Shown: positions 45,387 through 57,200 of the stretch, piece by piece
Position numbering within the stretch: the stretch's first letter is position 1
How the letters are laid out: each line of letters starts with the position of its first letter
Virus record (IMG/VR): IMGVR_UViG_3300002220_000425
Coordinates: 1,989 to 65,988 of that record
Origin: a virus
Taxonomy: Duplodnaviria; Caudoviricetes
Length of the DNA: 64,000 nucleotides
Strand: one strand, 5' to 3'
The notes under the pieces: model-generated
The model's input: only the letters and a program-made list of their open reading frames with translations
Database searches by the model: none
What the model was told of the DNA's origin: nothing
Position numbers and translations under genes: made by a program

Positions 45387-46305
45387 AATCTGCCCATGCG
45401 GCTCACAGGGAGCCCTATCGGAAATCGCAGTTATTTCCGGTTCGGGAACGGAGCGATACGACTTCGTTGCCGAAGACCTGAAACTGAACGAGACGCTTGT
45501 CGGAGATCAGGGGATCACGGGCAAGCTCGACCTGTTTGCCGACCACATTCGCCGTGGTTCCGCCTACGTGTCGGGCGCATTGATGATGAACGTGTCGCCG
45601 CTTGAACTTGAGAACTGGTTGCCGCGAATCTTTCGTGGGGCCAAAACAGGCAACACGCACTTTCCAGGAGAGCAATCGCCAGAGTTTGACATAATTGTCA
45701 AGCGAGACAAGGCAGTTTATCGGTACACCGATTTGCAGGTTGACAAGGCACTGTTTCGCGCATCGGCCAATTCTGAAGAACCGGGATTGCTGGAGATGAT
45801 GTTGACGTTCGTTGGCGTTGACGAAGAGTCTGCGACATGGCCTGATCCAGCACCAGATCGATTGCGAGATAACGTTCTGTACTGGTTGCTTGGCGATTCG
45901 ACGCTGACGATCAACAATGTTGATTACTACATGGAGGCGTTCAACCTTCAGATCGACAACATGCTCAGGCCGCTAATGCGGAACAGCTTGCGTCCAGTCT
46001 GTATCCGAAGCGAAGGCAGGCGATTCCGGTTCCAGCCGGCAGTCACCCACTGTGCGGACACGGTTGCCAACTTGTATTTTGGCGAACTTGACGCAGCAGG
46101 GCAGCTTGCGTTTGAATCGAGCAAGAACCTTGACAATTCGGACAGCACGACGATCTTCGATTTTGCGAGACTGCTTGGGCCGAAGCTGACGCCATCAACA
46201 CGCGGGCGAACAGAGACGTTCTTGCGGCTGGACTTGTCGAGCTATCCCGGCGATGACCTGGAATTGAATCCATCACTGAAGGTAACAAACACGTTTCCGT
46301 CGTAA
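45379..46305 (+). CDS. Tail tube-like protein
   Basis: ERYDF..EDLK, GITGKLD, VSG.L.MNVSP.EL..WL; beta-rich 308 aa. Confidence 0.6.
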   Translation: MSEICPCGSQGALSEIAVISGSGTERYDFVAEDLKLNETLVGDQGITGKLDLFADHIRRGSAYVSGALMMNVSPLELENWLPRIFRGAKTGNTHFPGEQSPEFDIIVKRDKAVYRYTDLQVDKALFRASANSEEPGLLEMMLTFVGVDEESATWPDPAPDRLRDNVLYWLLGDSTLTINNVDYYMEAFNLQIDNMLRPLMRNSLRPVCIRSEGRRFRFQPAVTHCADTVANLYFGELDAAGQLAFESSKNLDNSDSTTIFDFARLLGPKLTPSTRGRTETFLRLDLSSYPGDDLELNPSLKVTNTFPS

Positions 46306-46362
46306 CTGAAACGTGACCGCCTGAAACGTTTCAGCCTGCAACGGAAAATCCAGAAGGTCACC

Positions 46363-47292
46363 GTGAAAGATCCAGACCAGCCAGACCTGAACGATCCTCG
46401 CCGCAGGGAGTACGACTTCCATCAGGCGATGGCTGCACAGCGGCAGATGGCTTCCGGTACGTTCGGACAGCACCACAGCGCAATCCTGCCTGACGCAGAC
46501 AATCCTCGCGGAGAGTCAACCAAAAGCAGGCTGGAGTCGATGATCAGCGAAGCGGTCAAAAGTGCCGTCACGCAGATCACCACCAACGTGGCAGGGTTCG
46601 TTGATTCGGCAATCGATCACGAGCCGCCAAAGGTGGTTCAGCCTGAAACGTTTCAGGCTCAAGTGATACAGGAAGCCCAGCGGCAAGAGGTTGTTCAGCC
46701 GCAACCGATCAAGCCACAGGCCGAACCGATCATTGTCCAGGCGCCCGCGCACCGGGCAGAAACGGTCCAGCACCAGACGCCACAAATGCCAGACGTGCCG
46801 CAGATTCGCACGCCTGACGTGAACATGGTGAACCCATTCCGCAACGAGGCAGAGGCACCCAAGACGGCGTTTGCGCCGATAGAGCCACAAAAGCCAGCGT
46901 TGCAGGCGTTGCAGCAGATGGCACCGCCAGAAAGGCCAATTGAGGTTGTTCGTACGGGATTCAGGGTCGCTCAGCCACAGCAGCAGGCCGAAGACTTAAA
47001 CGAACCGCCCAAGCCAGAGCGGCGAGCGGTTCCGCAATGGCCAACTGACCGAGCGGCATGGGGTCCGAGCGAACCGTTTTTGGATCCAGGCGGACAGACA
47101 GCCGATCCACAGAAGTCTGCCTATCAAGCCAAGTCGCTTGAGCAGGCCATGCAGTTTAGTGAAGCCATGGACAGCTACGGAATGGCAATGGGCGAGTTTA
47201 CTGAGGCAGTTGCCGAATCGATTCGTGTCCTGACCCGCCGTGTGAACGACATGACACGCGCGATTCAGGGAGAGGGTTACGACATCCGATGA
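46363..47292 (+). CDS. Pro/Gln-rich hypothetical protein
   Basis: 309 aa low-complexity; contains a perfect 20-bp palindrome at 46640-46659. Confidence 0.6.
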   Translation: MKDPDQPDLNDPRRREYDFHQAMAAQRQMASGTFGQHHSAILPDADNPRGESTKSRLESMISEAVKSAVTQITTNVAGFVDSAIDHEPPKVVQPETFQAQVIQEAQRQEVVQPQPIKPQAEPIIVQAPAHRAETVQHQTPQMPDVPQIRTPDVNMVNPFRNEAEAPKTAFAPIEPQKPALQALQQMAPPERPIEVVRTGFRVAQPQQQAEDLNEPPKPERRAVPQWPTDRAAWGPSEPFLDPGGQTADPQKSAYQAKSLEQAMQFSEAMDSYGMAMGEFTEAVAESIRVLTRRVNDMTRAIQGEGYDIR

Positions 47293-48059
47293 GCGCTCCC
47301 AGAGGCTTGATATTCGAGTATGGCAGTTACCAGCATGAACGCGGTGAAGTCTACCCACAAATGATCGAGATCATGTCGGTGGATAGCGATCGTGGCTACC
47401 GCTGGGCGTTCGATTACCGCATGCAGATTGCCGGCAACTTCTGTCAGGCACCAGACAATCCGCTAACACCGGCAACGATCGACGCAAAGATTCTTGCTCT
47501 GACCAATGCGTACGCGAACGACTACCAAGACTTCGGTTTTCTGTTTGGCGACTTGTCGCGCACGTCGCATTACATGGAAACGGACCACGTTGACAACTTA
47601 AGCGGGAACAAAGTGTTGTCGCGATCGTGGGATTATCAGAGTCCTGCGGAGTTTGCGAACACGCGATCGTTCCAGATACGACTTGGTGCGAAGATTTTCA
47701 GTTCGTACAATTCGATTCTGTACTTTCAGGAAACTGTTTCGCAGCGCGGCACAGGCGGGCCACGATGGAATTACCAAGAGCGATGGCAAGGCATACCGAT
47801 TCGCGAGGACATTACCCAAAGAACGGCGGTTGAAATCTACCAGCGCGGCATTGTCGTTGGGGCAAACTCGTTTGTTCAGCCACCTCCCCCGTGGTGGCCT
47901 GACGACGAACAGCAGGAGTTTCGTTATATCGAAAGGGTAAGCCCAAGGCTTCACGGGCACCCAAGCTTCGCAAAGGCCACTCATCACACAGTACGGTATT
48001 CGTACAAGTTTATGATGGCAGTGAGCCCGAATCAGAACCCTAACATCTGGTATCCGTAA
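47289..48059 (+). CDS. Tail-region hypothetical protein
   Basis: 256 aa, translationally coupled. Confidence 0.6.
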   Translation: MSAPRGLIFEYGSYQHERGEVYPQMIEIMSVDSDRGYRWAFDYRMQIAGNFCQAPDNPLTPATIDAKILALTNAYANDYQDFGFLFGDLSRTSHYMETDHVDNLSGNKVLSRSWDYQSPAEFANTRSFQIRLGAKIFSSYNSILYFQETVSQRGTGGPRWNYQERWQGIPIREDITQRTAVEIYQRGIVVGANSFVQPPPPWWPDDEQQEFRYIERVSPRLHGHPSFAKATHHTVRYSYKFMMAVSPNQNPNIWYP

Positions 48060-49480
48060 TGAGCGCAAGGGCAACGCTGACCGGATTCCCAGAGGTGGTT
48101 GCGGTCGATATTTTCATGGGCTCATACGCAGAGCCTGGCAACATTGTCGTGGACACATTGGTTCGCGGCAGCCTTGTCCCAACATCGCTCCCCAGGGGCG
48201 ACGTGACGCTTACTATCGGCGCAAGAAGCGAACTTGAGCAAGTCTCTATAGACTTCACCAGACTGCGAATGAAGAAGCTTCCCAGGCAATATGGGGCTTT
48301 CATGCGAACGGTATGGGAGGACGAAAGATGGAAGCTTCGAGAGTTCACCATGGGGGAAAACTTCAACGTTCGGGACTGCGAAGGAACGATATACCCTGAA
48401 ACGGAAAAGACGATCTTGGAGTTGGTTCAAGAGATCGCAGACGTTTCCAATATGAACATATCGGCAATCGAGCTAGGCTTGCCAGATTACAAGCCATCAG
48501 CCCCGTGGAAGGGAATGACTGCGGAGCAAGCACTTAACCAGCTACTGCACGCCACGTTCACAAGAATGCTTTATACCGGGAGTGGATCGTACGTCGTGTG
48601 TGCGGCCAATACTGGCAATCTGCCAGACTTTGGAGAGAGGTTTTTTAGTCCGTATCCAGAAGCAAAGTACACCGGAATACGGGTCCAGACAGCACCGATT
48701 ACCTACGAAAAGCGGTTCCAGTGCGATGCGGTCGTTTGGAACAACGACAACGAAACAGAGGTGGTGCAAAACCCTGAGAGGATATTCAACAATTTTGTTG
48801 AGATCGAAGACTTGAGGCTTCGCTCCAAGTACGCACATTCGGCAATGAGGCTTTGGCGACCGAACGACGAAGATATTGTTCTTCTTGGCAGGCGGGCGTT
48901 GTCGGTAGCGCCAGGGTGCGATGACAGCACGTATGCGGCGATGGTATTTACCATGCCCGATCTTGCGAAGGTTCCATTGTATGGGCATTTAATACAGCCG
49001 CACGGTCAACCGTACAGCAATGCGCCAAATCAGCTTTCGCTGACTGGTGGTGGTGAGATTATCCAGTGCGAGCAGGCCCACTTAATTGTTGACGGTAGCG
49101 GTCAGATTGAAACAACCGCTGAAGTGCTTTGTGCCTACCACAAGATTGTCAACGGAGAACTTGAGCGAAGATCGACAGATGTTGCTGTAGGTGGGGAAGG
49201 CGGCATGCTGAAGCTCTACGTAGACTGGATTCGCCCTGTTGACACAACCGAACCTGACATCGATCCGCTGGAGTGGGACTCGCTGCTTAACAAGGTTGAG
49301 GATGCGGTTGAACTCAAGTACCAAGGCGAACCGCAGCATGTAACGTTACCGACTGTTGTGGCGGTGCCGCCAAGCGGAAAGATCGGAGGTTTGCGATACG
49401 TGCTGAAGCTTGGTTCGCACCCCGAGTGCTACACAGTAATTGCCGTAAACTTTGATCCGGCAGATGCGAGGGCAATGTGA
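48059..49480 (+). CDS. Tail hub/baseplate-like protein
   Basis: 473 aa; EDERWKL, TILELVQEI, W.GMTAEQALNQLL. Confidence 0.5.
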   Translation: MSARATLTGFPEVVAVDIFMGSYAEPGNIVVDTLVRGSLVPTSLPRGDVTLTIGARSELEQVSIDFTRLRMKKLPRQYGAFMRTVWEDERWKLREFTMGENFNVRDCEGTIYPETEKTILELVQEIADVSNMNISAIELGLPDYKPSAPWKGMTAEQALNQLLHATFTRMLYTGSGSYVVCAANTGNLPDFGERFFSPYPEAKYTGIRVQTAPITYEKRFQCDAVVWNNDNETEVVQNPERIFNNFVEIEDLRLRSKYAHSAMRLWRPNDEDIVLLGRRALSVAPGCDDSTYAAMVFTMPDLAKVPLYGHLIQPHGQPYSNAPNQLSLTGGGEIIQCEQAHLIVDGSGQIETTAEVLCAYHKIVNGELERRSTDVAVGGEGGMLKLYVDWIRPVDTTEPDIDPLEWDSLLNKVEDAVELKYQGEPQHVTLPTVVAVPPSGKIGGLRYVLKLGSHPECYTVIAVNFDPADARAM

Positions 49481-50298
49481 GGCACGCAAGATTTGTTTAC
49501 GGGATCGCGCTCGAAGACGCGGCGGCAATGTCGCCAGGTGGCCAATGCGATACGTTCAAGATTGCTCCAAGGATGTTCACGCCGGCCAACAGTCTTGTTG
49601 AGACTCAGGGTGAACTGGAGATCCTGAACACCGGCGATGCCGTATCCGAAGGCGACGAGGTAGTTGCGGTTTCTGATATCTCTGGATTCTGGACTAGATT
49701 CCAGGGAGTTGGTGGTGGCGGTTCGTATGTGACTTTTGAGTTTGTGGACGAAGCCTCTGTTAGTCAAAGCCAGTCGTTGGCTTCCGCTTCCGCCTCCGCT
49801 TCCCAGTCGTCTAGTCAAGTCGCTGGCGATTGCGAATCACGGGTTATTGCAACCGGGCCGTTTTATGGTCGCGTGATCAACAAGGCGTGCGGAATGAGTT
49901 CTGTTCCAGGCGAAAGGGCAGACGGGCTGATTGAACTGTCTGACGAGATTGGGATCATGGACGGCAGGGATGAGCAGGACATTGTTGGCAGGATTGGGTT
50001 TGCTGTGAGGATGCAGCGAGAGCCGGAAAGCAGCTTGATAAGCGGGTCTGTTTCGATTGAACCTGACTGCTACTGGATGATCGTCATAGTAAACTTCTGG
50101 AGAACGGTTCGCGTCGTTAGTGACTTCATATTTGACGGCAAGGACATAACGGTAAGGTACAAGAACATTACAGTATGGGACGATTGCCAGTTGCCAGACG
50201 AAGTGATCGAAGGTATCGATTGCGAAGAGTCCAGCGGCAGCGTCAGCGGCAGTGCTGCTTCCGGCAGTTCTCCAGCCCTCCCGCCACCGGGGCCATAA
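49477..50298 (+). CDS. Tail-region protein with Ser-rich linkers
   Basis: SQSQSLASASASASQSSS. Confidence 0.55.
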   Translation: MRHARFVYGIALEDAAAMSPGGQCDTFKIAPRMFTPANSLVETQGELEILNTGDAVSEGDEVVAVSDISGFWTRFQGVGGGGSYVTFEFVDEASVSQSQSLASASASASQSSSQVAGDCESRVIATGPFYGRVINKACGMSSVPGERADGLIELSDEIGIMDGRDEQDIVGRIGFAVRMQREPESSLISGSVSIEPDCYWMIVIVNFWRTVRVVSDFIFDGKDITVRYKNITVWDDCQLPDEVIEGIDCEESSGSVSGSAASGSSPALPPPGP

Positions 50299-50304
50299 AA
50301 TGCC

Positions 50305-50803
50305 ATGGCCAATCATCTACCGAGGCAAGATACTTTCCAGAGATGGAAAGCTCGCAACGTCGTTATCGTGCTGCTGCGATGTTTGCCGATTCCCGGTGCA
50401 GTTTCAAGTTACGCTTTCAGGCGCCTCAATACCATATCCAGGAATCCCGGCAGATCCGCCAATACCAGAAGCGGCAACGATTATCTATCACGGTAGAGTC
50501 CGAGACACACTTAGCGATCCAATTGGCGGAAGATACTGGACGCACTTGTGGGTAATTGAGCTATGCGTACCGGAAGGCGAGCAAACGCAATTCATAATTG
50601 ATTACAACCTGGAACTCATTGACTGGCAGGAAGCCAACATTCCAGACAGTCTTTTAACTGCTGGCGAAGATGAAAGAAGCATTGAACAAATCAAGTTTGG
50701 TGATGGATTGATCGCTGGTCTATTGGTCACGCCAGACACACCAAACGAACAAGTGGACGATCTGTTCGGACCAATCCCAAGGCCAGGCTGCCCGCCGTGC
50801 TAA
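50305..50803 (+). CDS. Hypothetical Cys-containing protein
   Basis: Start MPWPII; SCCCDVC. Confidence 0.55.
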
Positions 50804-50804
50804 C

Positions 50805-51935
50805 ATGTCCTGTAAAAACTGCGATAAGAAACTGCCAGCAAGAGAACGCAAACAAGTCGGGCTTTACGAACTTGCCCAACAGCGAAGGACTAGCTGTAGC
50901 TCTTGCGATGCAAACCAAGACGGCAACTGCCAAGAACTAGGGTTGCCGGTTGTCGAACTCACGAAAGACTGGTCGTCCCAATGCCCAAGGGGTCAGTTTG
51001 GTGGCGTAAAGCAGTCATGCCCAGGATGCAATCGAGCAGGCCAGTACCTTAGTAGATCAAGCCTCTGCCGTTGGTGTGAAATCGACCGCAACAACAGGAA
51101 TCGCAAGAATGGTCGCTCTCGATCATCGCTTTTACAGACAAGCCAGACGATCACGCCGTTGCTGTCTCAGCCGATTGAACCAATCTATCCAGCTCTTTGC
51201 GACAGTGGCCGCACAACGGCTGTCTGGGTGTATTGGGCGGGCGGGCAAAGGGCCAATGAACTTTGGTACTCCATGAAATTGGCACAGCAGCATTTGCAAG
51301 ATGTCGGCAGCATGGTGCTTTGTGGAGACGTTCCGCATTGGTATCACGGGCTATCGATCGTTTCTCCAAGAGTTTCGGAACAAGAGGCAAAATCGAGATA
51401 CGGCGGAACTAGATACAGAAAGTGGCTAGATTCGATCGTAAAGCTCCAGAAGATAATCGACAGTCCGCTTGTTACCGAAACGTTCCTCTGGATGTACGAC
51501 GACACGTTTGTTGTCCGCAATGCTTCTGTGGGAGAAATTGCGACTCCACGGTACAGCGGAAACCTTGCAACAACCGGCAGGGGATCTTGGCGTACAGTGA
51601 TGAAACAGACGGTCAGCAAGCTGCAAAGGCTAGGGCTACCCACCCGCAACTATTCGACGCACTATCCGATCGTGTTCAGCAAGGAAAAGCTTCAGCGAAC
51701 GTTAGACATGTTCAATCCGTGGGAGTCTCCACTGCTCATTGAATCGGCTTACCAGAACCAATGGGCCGAATCGCCCAAGCCGCACGCAAAGGAGTTTGAG
51801 TACGTGCAGAGGGTCCGTGGCGGGTGGAGGCCCAAGCCGGGCGCAGTGATTGCCAATGTTGGCCAATTCAACGCACCAGCGGAATCTGCGATTCGTGGCA
51901 TAATGCGCAGTTCTGTGAAGGCGACCGCAACTTAA
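50805..51935 (+). CDS. Cys-rich N-terminus plus Stealth-like phosphotransferase/glycosyltransferase-like domain
   Basis: ELWYSM...VLCGD.PHWY, ETFLWMYDDTFV, NYSTHYPIVFSKEKL. Confidence 0.55.
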   Translation: MSCKNCDKKLPARERKQVGLYELAQQRRTSCSSCDANQDGNCQELGLPVVELTKDWSSQCPRGQFGGVKQSCPGCNRAGQYLSRSSLCRWCEIDRNNRNRKNGRSRSSLLQTSQTITPLLSQPIEPIYPALCDSGRTTAVWVYWAGGQRANELWYSMKLAQQHLQDVGSMVLCGDVPHWYHGLSIVSPRVSEQEAKSRYGGTRYRKWLDSIVKLQKIIDSPLVTETFLWMYDDTFVVRNASVGEIATPRYSGNLATTGRGSWRTVMKQTVSKLQRLGLPTRNYSTHYPIVFSKEKLQRTLDMFNPWESPLLIESAYQNQWAESPKPHAKEFEYVQRVRGGWRPKPGAVIANVGQFNAPAESAIRGIMRSSVKATAT

Positions 51936-52215
51936 GCCCTTCGTACCCAGCCACGAAGTTTGGAATGTCTCCCGGTTCGAGAGGAACCCATTCACACTTC
52001 CCTTTTGGGGATTTGGTTGCCAAGACAAAGACGGCGCCAGCGATCATCGCAATGGGGATGCAGGCCAAAAAAGCACGACTTAACCGAGAATTGGTTGCCG
52101 ACAAGGGATCTACCCCAGTGTTGTGCTCCACTCTCACTGTAGCCAAAAGCGATATCGCAATCAAGCTTTCTATTGCCTATTCCCCTTCGGGTGTGTCCAA
52201 TGGTTACAATGAGTC

Positions 52216-54231
52216 ATGTTACCCAATCGGCCAATCCCGAGGTTTGCAATGGTTTTCCCACAAAATCCAGTCACGACGAACGTCCCGAAGCAACCGATTG
52301 TCGCCAACACACCAAGGCCGCTTGCCAGTCGCCGGGTCGCTCCAAGCCCGCAGTCACCACTGATTTCAAGCCAGGATGAAAGCGTGTTTCGCAATGCCAT
52401 TCTTGGGAATGTGCCTGCGCAGCAAACGCCGTCGCCTCCGCAGCGCGGGCCTGACCAGCGGTCGAATCTTTCGTCCCGACCGCTTACTGGTCCTGATGGA
52501 AGGCTAGACGAAGCAGCGCGTGCGCTGACAACGGACGCCGGAGCTTTCACCCCGGCACATAGGACAGAAGCAGACTTCAAATTAATGCGACAAATAATCC
52601 AAAGCGACGTCGATTCTGGAAACCCTGAAAGAGTTGCACGCGCCAATCGTCTTTTTCGGTCAATGGGCATGCCTAGACCTATGCCAACTGCTGAAGTGCC
52701 TGGGATAAGCACACCGCGAGAATTGCCGTTTCCGGCGACAACGGACATGCCGGTAGGCCAGCCACTCCGCGCATTTCCGCGATACCAGCCATCAGACGTA
52801 GGCATGCCAGTGGTCGCAGGTGGTCAGCCTGGAATGCGAAATCCGCTACCAGCACCCGGCATGGACATTCCAGGTTCCGTCATAACGCCAGAGGGAATGC
52901 TTGCCGATCGAATTGCAGGAATGTCCATGCAGCCCGATCCGGCAGAGGTTGCCGAGCAAACGGCAATCGCACAAGCGTTAGGTGAGCAGCGTTACAACGA
53001 AAGCGATGTCGCCAGAATGCAGGGTGGCCGCATGGCAGACATGACTGCCAATCGCAATATGGGACAGATGGCGGGCGGCAACTATGCGGACATGACGCCT
53101 GAGCGTGCTGCGATGTCTTCGCGAAACATGTATCGCGGTGGCGGTATGGGCGGCGCGTCCATGGCCGCACGTGAAGATGCTATCGAACAGGCGTTGCGTG
53201 CTCAGCCAGCGGCAGGGCCATCGCTTCAAGAGCGTACCGCAGGAACTCGCCAAGAGATGCAAGGAATGGTTTCCCAGGCACTTCAAGCACAAGGCGGCGA
53301 GATGAACCCGCAGGCGGGCTTTGAGCAGAACGCTCGCATGCTACAGCCGGGCACGACGCTTCGCGGGACCAGTGCGGACGGTACGCCGATGATTGTTTCG
53401 CGTGGCAGTGCAGGTACAAGGGACGATAGGTCAAGGCTTGCACAGCAGGAAACCAACCAGCGTGTTCGTCAAGAACGAATCGCAGGCTTGCGCAATGCTG
53501 GACAGATGCGAATGGCACGCAACGCCGCAATGCAGGAAGCGGCTTCCAATCCGATGAACAGCCCAATGTTTGCCGCATTGATGGCCAATGATCCGCGTGG
53601 AGCCGCTGCGATGATGCAGGCGCAAGGTAATATGCAGTTGGGGCAGATGGAAGTCGCCCAGCGCGCTCAGGCAGCAAAGCAGCAGTTTGACATCGAGACA
53701 CAGCGACTTCAACAAATGGGTGTCATTGGCCAAGCTGAAGCAGCAGAGCGCAACGCACGTGCGGAGTCTTCACTTGCTGAGGCCAGTGCAATTCGTGATG
53801 CGTTGACGCCAGAAGGACAGGATCGCGCCCAGAGGAATGCTTTGGTGCAGAATGCGGCTGCATCCGGCATGGTTACACCACAAGCAAATCTGGCGATTGG
53901 AAGTGAAATCAATCGTCTTCTTGGCGGTGGTCAGCAGGCAAATAGCACGGTAATGCCGCCATTGCTTCCTAAGTTTGGCAAGTCAAAAGTGGAAGAATCG
54001 GAAATTAAGGCAAGGGTCAAAGAGCTTGAATCATTCGGACAGAGTGGTGAGCAAATCGTAGCCGAGCTTGAATCGTACGGTATTCCAAAGGAATCGATCG
54101 ACGAACTGATCAAGAAGGAGAACACGACTTTCTCACATCGAGTCTCCGCTGGAGCACAAGCCATGGCGCCACGGGTAGTTTCTCCGCTTGCAAGAAGCCT
54201 TGCTGGGCGAGTTGCTGGCTGGCTTCAATAA
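52216..54231 (+). CDS. Probable internal virion/ejection protein (P/Q/M/A-rich)
   Basis: 671 aa low-complexity helical; directly before the giant protein. Confidence 0.55.
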   Translation: MLPNRPIPRFAMVFPQNPVTTNVPKQPIVANTPRPLASRRVAPSPQSPLISSQDESVFRNAILGNVPAQQTPSPPQRGPDQRSNLSSRPLTGPDGRLDEAARALTTDAGAFTPAHRTEADFKLMRQIIQSDVDSGNPERVARANRLFRSMGMPRPMPTAEVPGISTPRELPFPATTDMPVGQPLRAFPRYQPSDVGMPVVAGGQPGMRNPLPAPGMDIPGSVITPEGMLADRIAGMSMQPDPAEVAEQTAIAQALGEQRYNESDVARMQGGRMADMTANRNMGQMAGGNYADMTPERAAMSSRNMYRGGGMGGASMAAREDAIEQALRAQPAAGPSLQERTAGTRQEMQGMVSQALQAQGGEMNPQAGFEQNARMLQPGTTLRGTSADGTPMIVSRGSAGTRDDRSRLAQQETNQRVRQERIAGLRNAGQMRMARNAAMQEAASNPMNSPMFAALMANDPRGAAAMMQAQGNMQLGQMEVAQRAQAAKQQFDIETQRLQQMGVIGQAEAAERNARAESSLAEASAIRDALTPEGQDRAQRNALVQNAAASGMVTPQANLAIGSEINRLLGGGQQANSTVMPPLLPKFGKSKVEESEIKARVKELESFGQSGEQIVAELESYGIPKESIDELIKKENTTFSHRVSAGAQAMAPRVVSPLARSLAGRVAGWLQ

Positions 54232-54241
54232 AGGCAAGTAA

Positions 54242-57200
54242 ATGTCTGAGATCCTTCGTTCAATCAATCCGGCAATGGCAAACCTGTTATTGCCAGCCGC
54301 CCCCGCTGCGATTCGCCCTGCCAGTCGTCGCCGCGAACCCGCGCCCTACGTGGACGAGGAAGAAGAACGAACGCTTGCCGGTAGCTTGCGAGACAAGTCG
54401 CTAACAACGATCGGCGCGGTCGGCAACTTGCTTGACCTTCCCGGCAGTATGGTCCGAGACGTTGGTTCTTCGATCGTCCAAGGCAAGTTCGTCAATCCTT
54501 TTGATCAACTGTTGTCGCCGCTTTCAGCAGACAACCGAACAACCGGGAAGGATCTTCTGCGGCAAACAGGAATCGTGGACGACGCCGATACGTGGGGCAA
54601 TGCGATTGCTGGCTTTGGTGCTGAAGTCGCGATGGACCCGCTGACGTACATGACGTTTGGCGGAAGTGCATTAGGAAAGTCTGGTCAACTCGCAAGTAAA
54701 GCAGGTCTACTTGACGAACTTGGAAGCGTTGCAGCGCGCAAGGCCGGCAAGCAGGTCGGTCAGGTTGGATCACGCGAAGCAAGGCTTACTACCACGCTTG
54801 CGGACGTTGCACAGTACGGCACGGAACGGTCTGCCGCAAAGGCAAAGCAGATCCTTAAAGACAGTCCAGATCTTGCCGACGAGGCGTTTGGTGGACTTGC
54901 TGGATTCGGGTTGCCATTTATGCAGCCGATGGCGATTGCCGGCCAGGGTGCCAAGAGTCAGGCTGTGGCAAGAGGATTGGACACGGCGGGCAGGACAGTG
55001 CGCTACGGCAAGATTCCAGGCACGGAGTTCCAGCCTGTCAACTCGCTTCTCAATCTGTTTGACGCTCCCGCAATGGGCACGAAGTCTCCGATGTGGCAGG
55101 CGATCGCGCGTCACAAGTCACGGCAGAAGGACGTGAAGTCTGCTGACGTGTTGATGGATACCAATCGCTGGGCCACCGAACTGGAGCAAGCGGGGCTTGT
55201 AGGGCAGGATGCAGCCGACATGCTGCGCGACGGGCTAGAAGGTGTTGTGCCAATCGATAGCCTTCCTGACGCCATGCAGCCGATAGCAAGGCAGATGCGG
55301 GCACAGAGCGCTGAAATGCCGGCACGCGGTCGGGTAGATGGAGTGCAGATAACGGAACTCACGGACGACGAGATTGACTATGCCGCAAGATTCTTGGTTG
55401 CCACACGTGGGATTCACGGCAAGCGATCCAAGGCAGTGTTTACTGCGGACGATCCTTCCAACCAGGGACGCAAAGACTTTATGCGTAACGTTCCAGGCGG
55501 AACAAACAAGCTAAAGCGAGAACTGTTTCTTGATGACGCAATCAACGCAGCAGTGGACAATGGTTCTGATGTTGACACCATTCGCAAAATGATGGAGGCC
55601 AAGGCGAACGGCTGGCTGCCAGATACGTTCAAAGAGTTCAACCCCAAGGCCGAAGGTGCAGTTGATGGATGGGTAGTCAAGGAAGGGCGATACCAAAAGA
55701 TTGCGGAATGGTTTGGTGGTTTGTCCAAAGAAACCCGAGAAGCGGGCGTGTTCGGCAATCACCCGATCCTTGACCACACAGCCAGAAGGATGGCGTTCGA
55801 GGACTCCATCAATGCAACCGAAACAGTTGCGATGGCGTTGAGTCAGCCGAAGATTCTGTTGCCTCCAAGTGCTGCCGCCAACGTCGCAGCAGACGGATCG
55901 ATGACGGTTGGCGAAGTGCTTGCCAAGCTGAAGATGGACCTTGGCGATGTCAACGGCGGGCTTGGTCGCAAGATCATGAAGTCGAAAGGGATGGCACCCG
56001 ACGACGACTCGATCAAGGCTCTGCGTGACAGGCGACTGTCCAAAGAGAACGCCGAAGAACTCATGTCGATCCACAGGACAATAAGCGGTCCTGACGCGAT
56101 CAATGATCTTATCGGCATGATGGACTCGGTGGTGAACTACTCCAAGGGGATGTGGACAAGCGTGTGGCCAGCGTTCCACGTGCGAAACCGCATATCGGGT
56201 GCGCTCCAAAACATGGCACTGGGCATTTGGAGCAAGGAGGGTGACACGTGGGCCGATCAATTGCTCAAGGGCAAGGTGATTGAGGGTGCAGCCAAGGAAC
56301 CGTGGGTGCGTGCTGTCTGGGAGCGAGAGCAGGCAGAGCTTGCGAGGATCAACGCTTTAACGCCACCGGGCGGTGCTGCTCCAGGACCAGGGCAACCACC
56401 GGGACCGGGCGGACAAATGCCAGGTCAACCGGGTGCAGGTGTATCGCCAACCATGGCAACGCCAACAGGCGAGTTCGTTGAGATCGACGGGGTTGCCCGC
56501 CCGACAGTTGACAGCAACGGCAAACCGATCCACACAACCGAAGAGGGTGTTCGTAACTTCTGGAGTGCGTTTAGGGACAGCAAACTTGTTGACGATCAGG
56601 GCAGGCCGATTCCGATTTACCACGGAACTAGAAGTGCAGACCTTGGAACTGCGGCAGCAAAGGATCGAAACAGAAAGATCGACCAAGCCAAGTTGTCGCT
56701 CGATGAATGGAATGCAGCCCACAAGCAATCGTATTCTGACCTGAGTACTCAGCGATACAGCGCAATCGAAGCGGAGGCAGACGCACATGACCGAATCGCT
56801 TCGTTGCTTAAAAGCAATCGCGCTGCAAGCAGCGCAACCAAAGCTAGTTCGTGGCAATCCTTTTCAGAAAGCGTTAAGGCTGACGTTTCTCCTGAAACCT
56901 GGAGGGCAGTAGACAAGGGGCTGTTAAAGCAAGAGTTCGACCGGCTTCAGTTGGCAAAGCGTGAAGCAGAGTCGATCCAAGAACGCCTTGATCAAATACC
57001 CAAGAAACCTTCAAGCAGCTTGGCGACTGCAACGAAAGGAAGCGAGGCGGCAGTATTTGACACAATGCGATATGGAGAAAACGACACCGGCTACCTTTCC
57101 GCTGGTACGTACTTCACCAAGAACGCCGAGCTATCTGGAAACTATGCGGGTGCTGGAGAAGGTGCTGGCGTAATCCCAGTTTATGCTAACCTGAAAAACC

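Noticed and set aside
46300-47300. Tape-measure gene with tail-chaperone frameshift
   Set aside because: No long helical tape-measure ORF or slippery heptamer pair was recognised; tail morphology cannot be called from this window.
40886-52000. Diversity-generating retroelement or tail-fibre shufflon
   Set aside because: No reverse transcriptase motif and no TR/VR pair or repeated crossover sites were seen.
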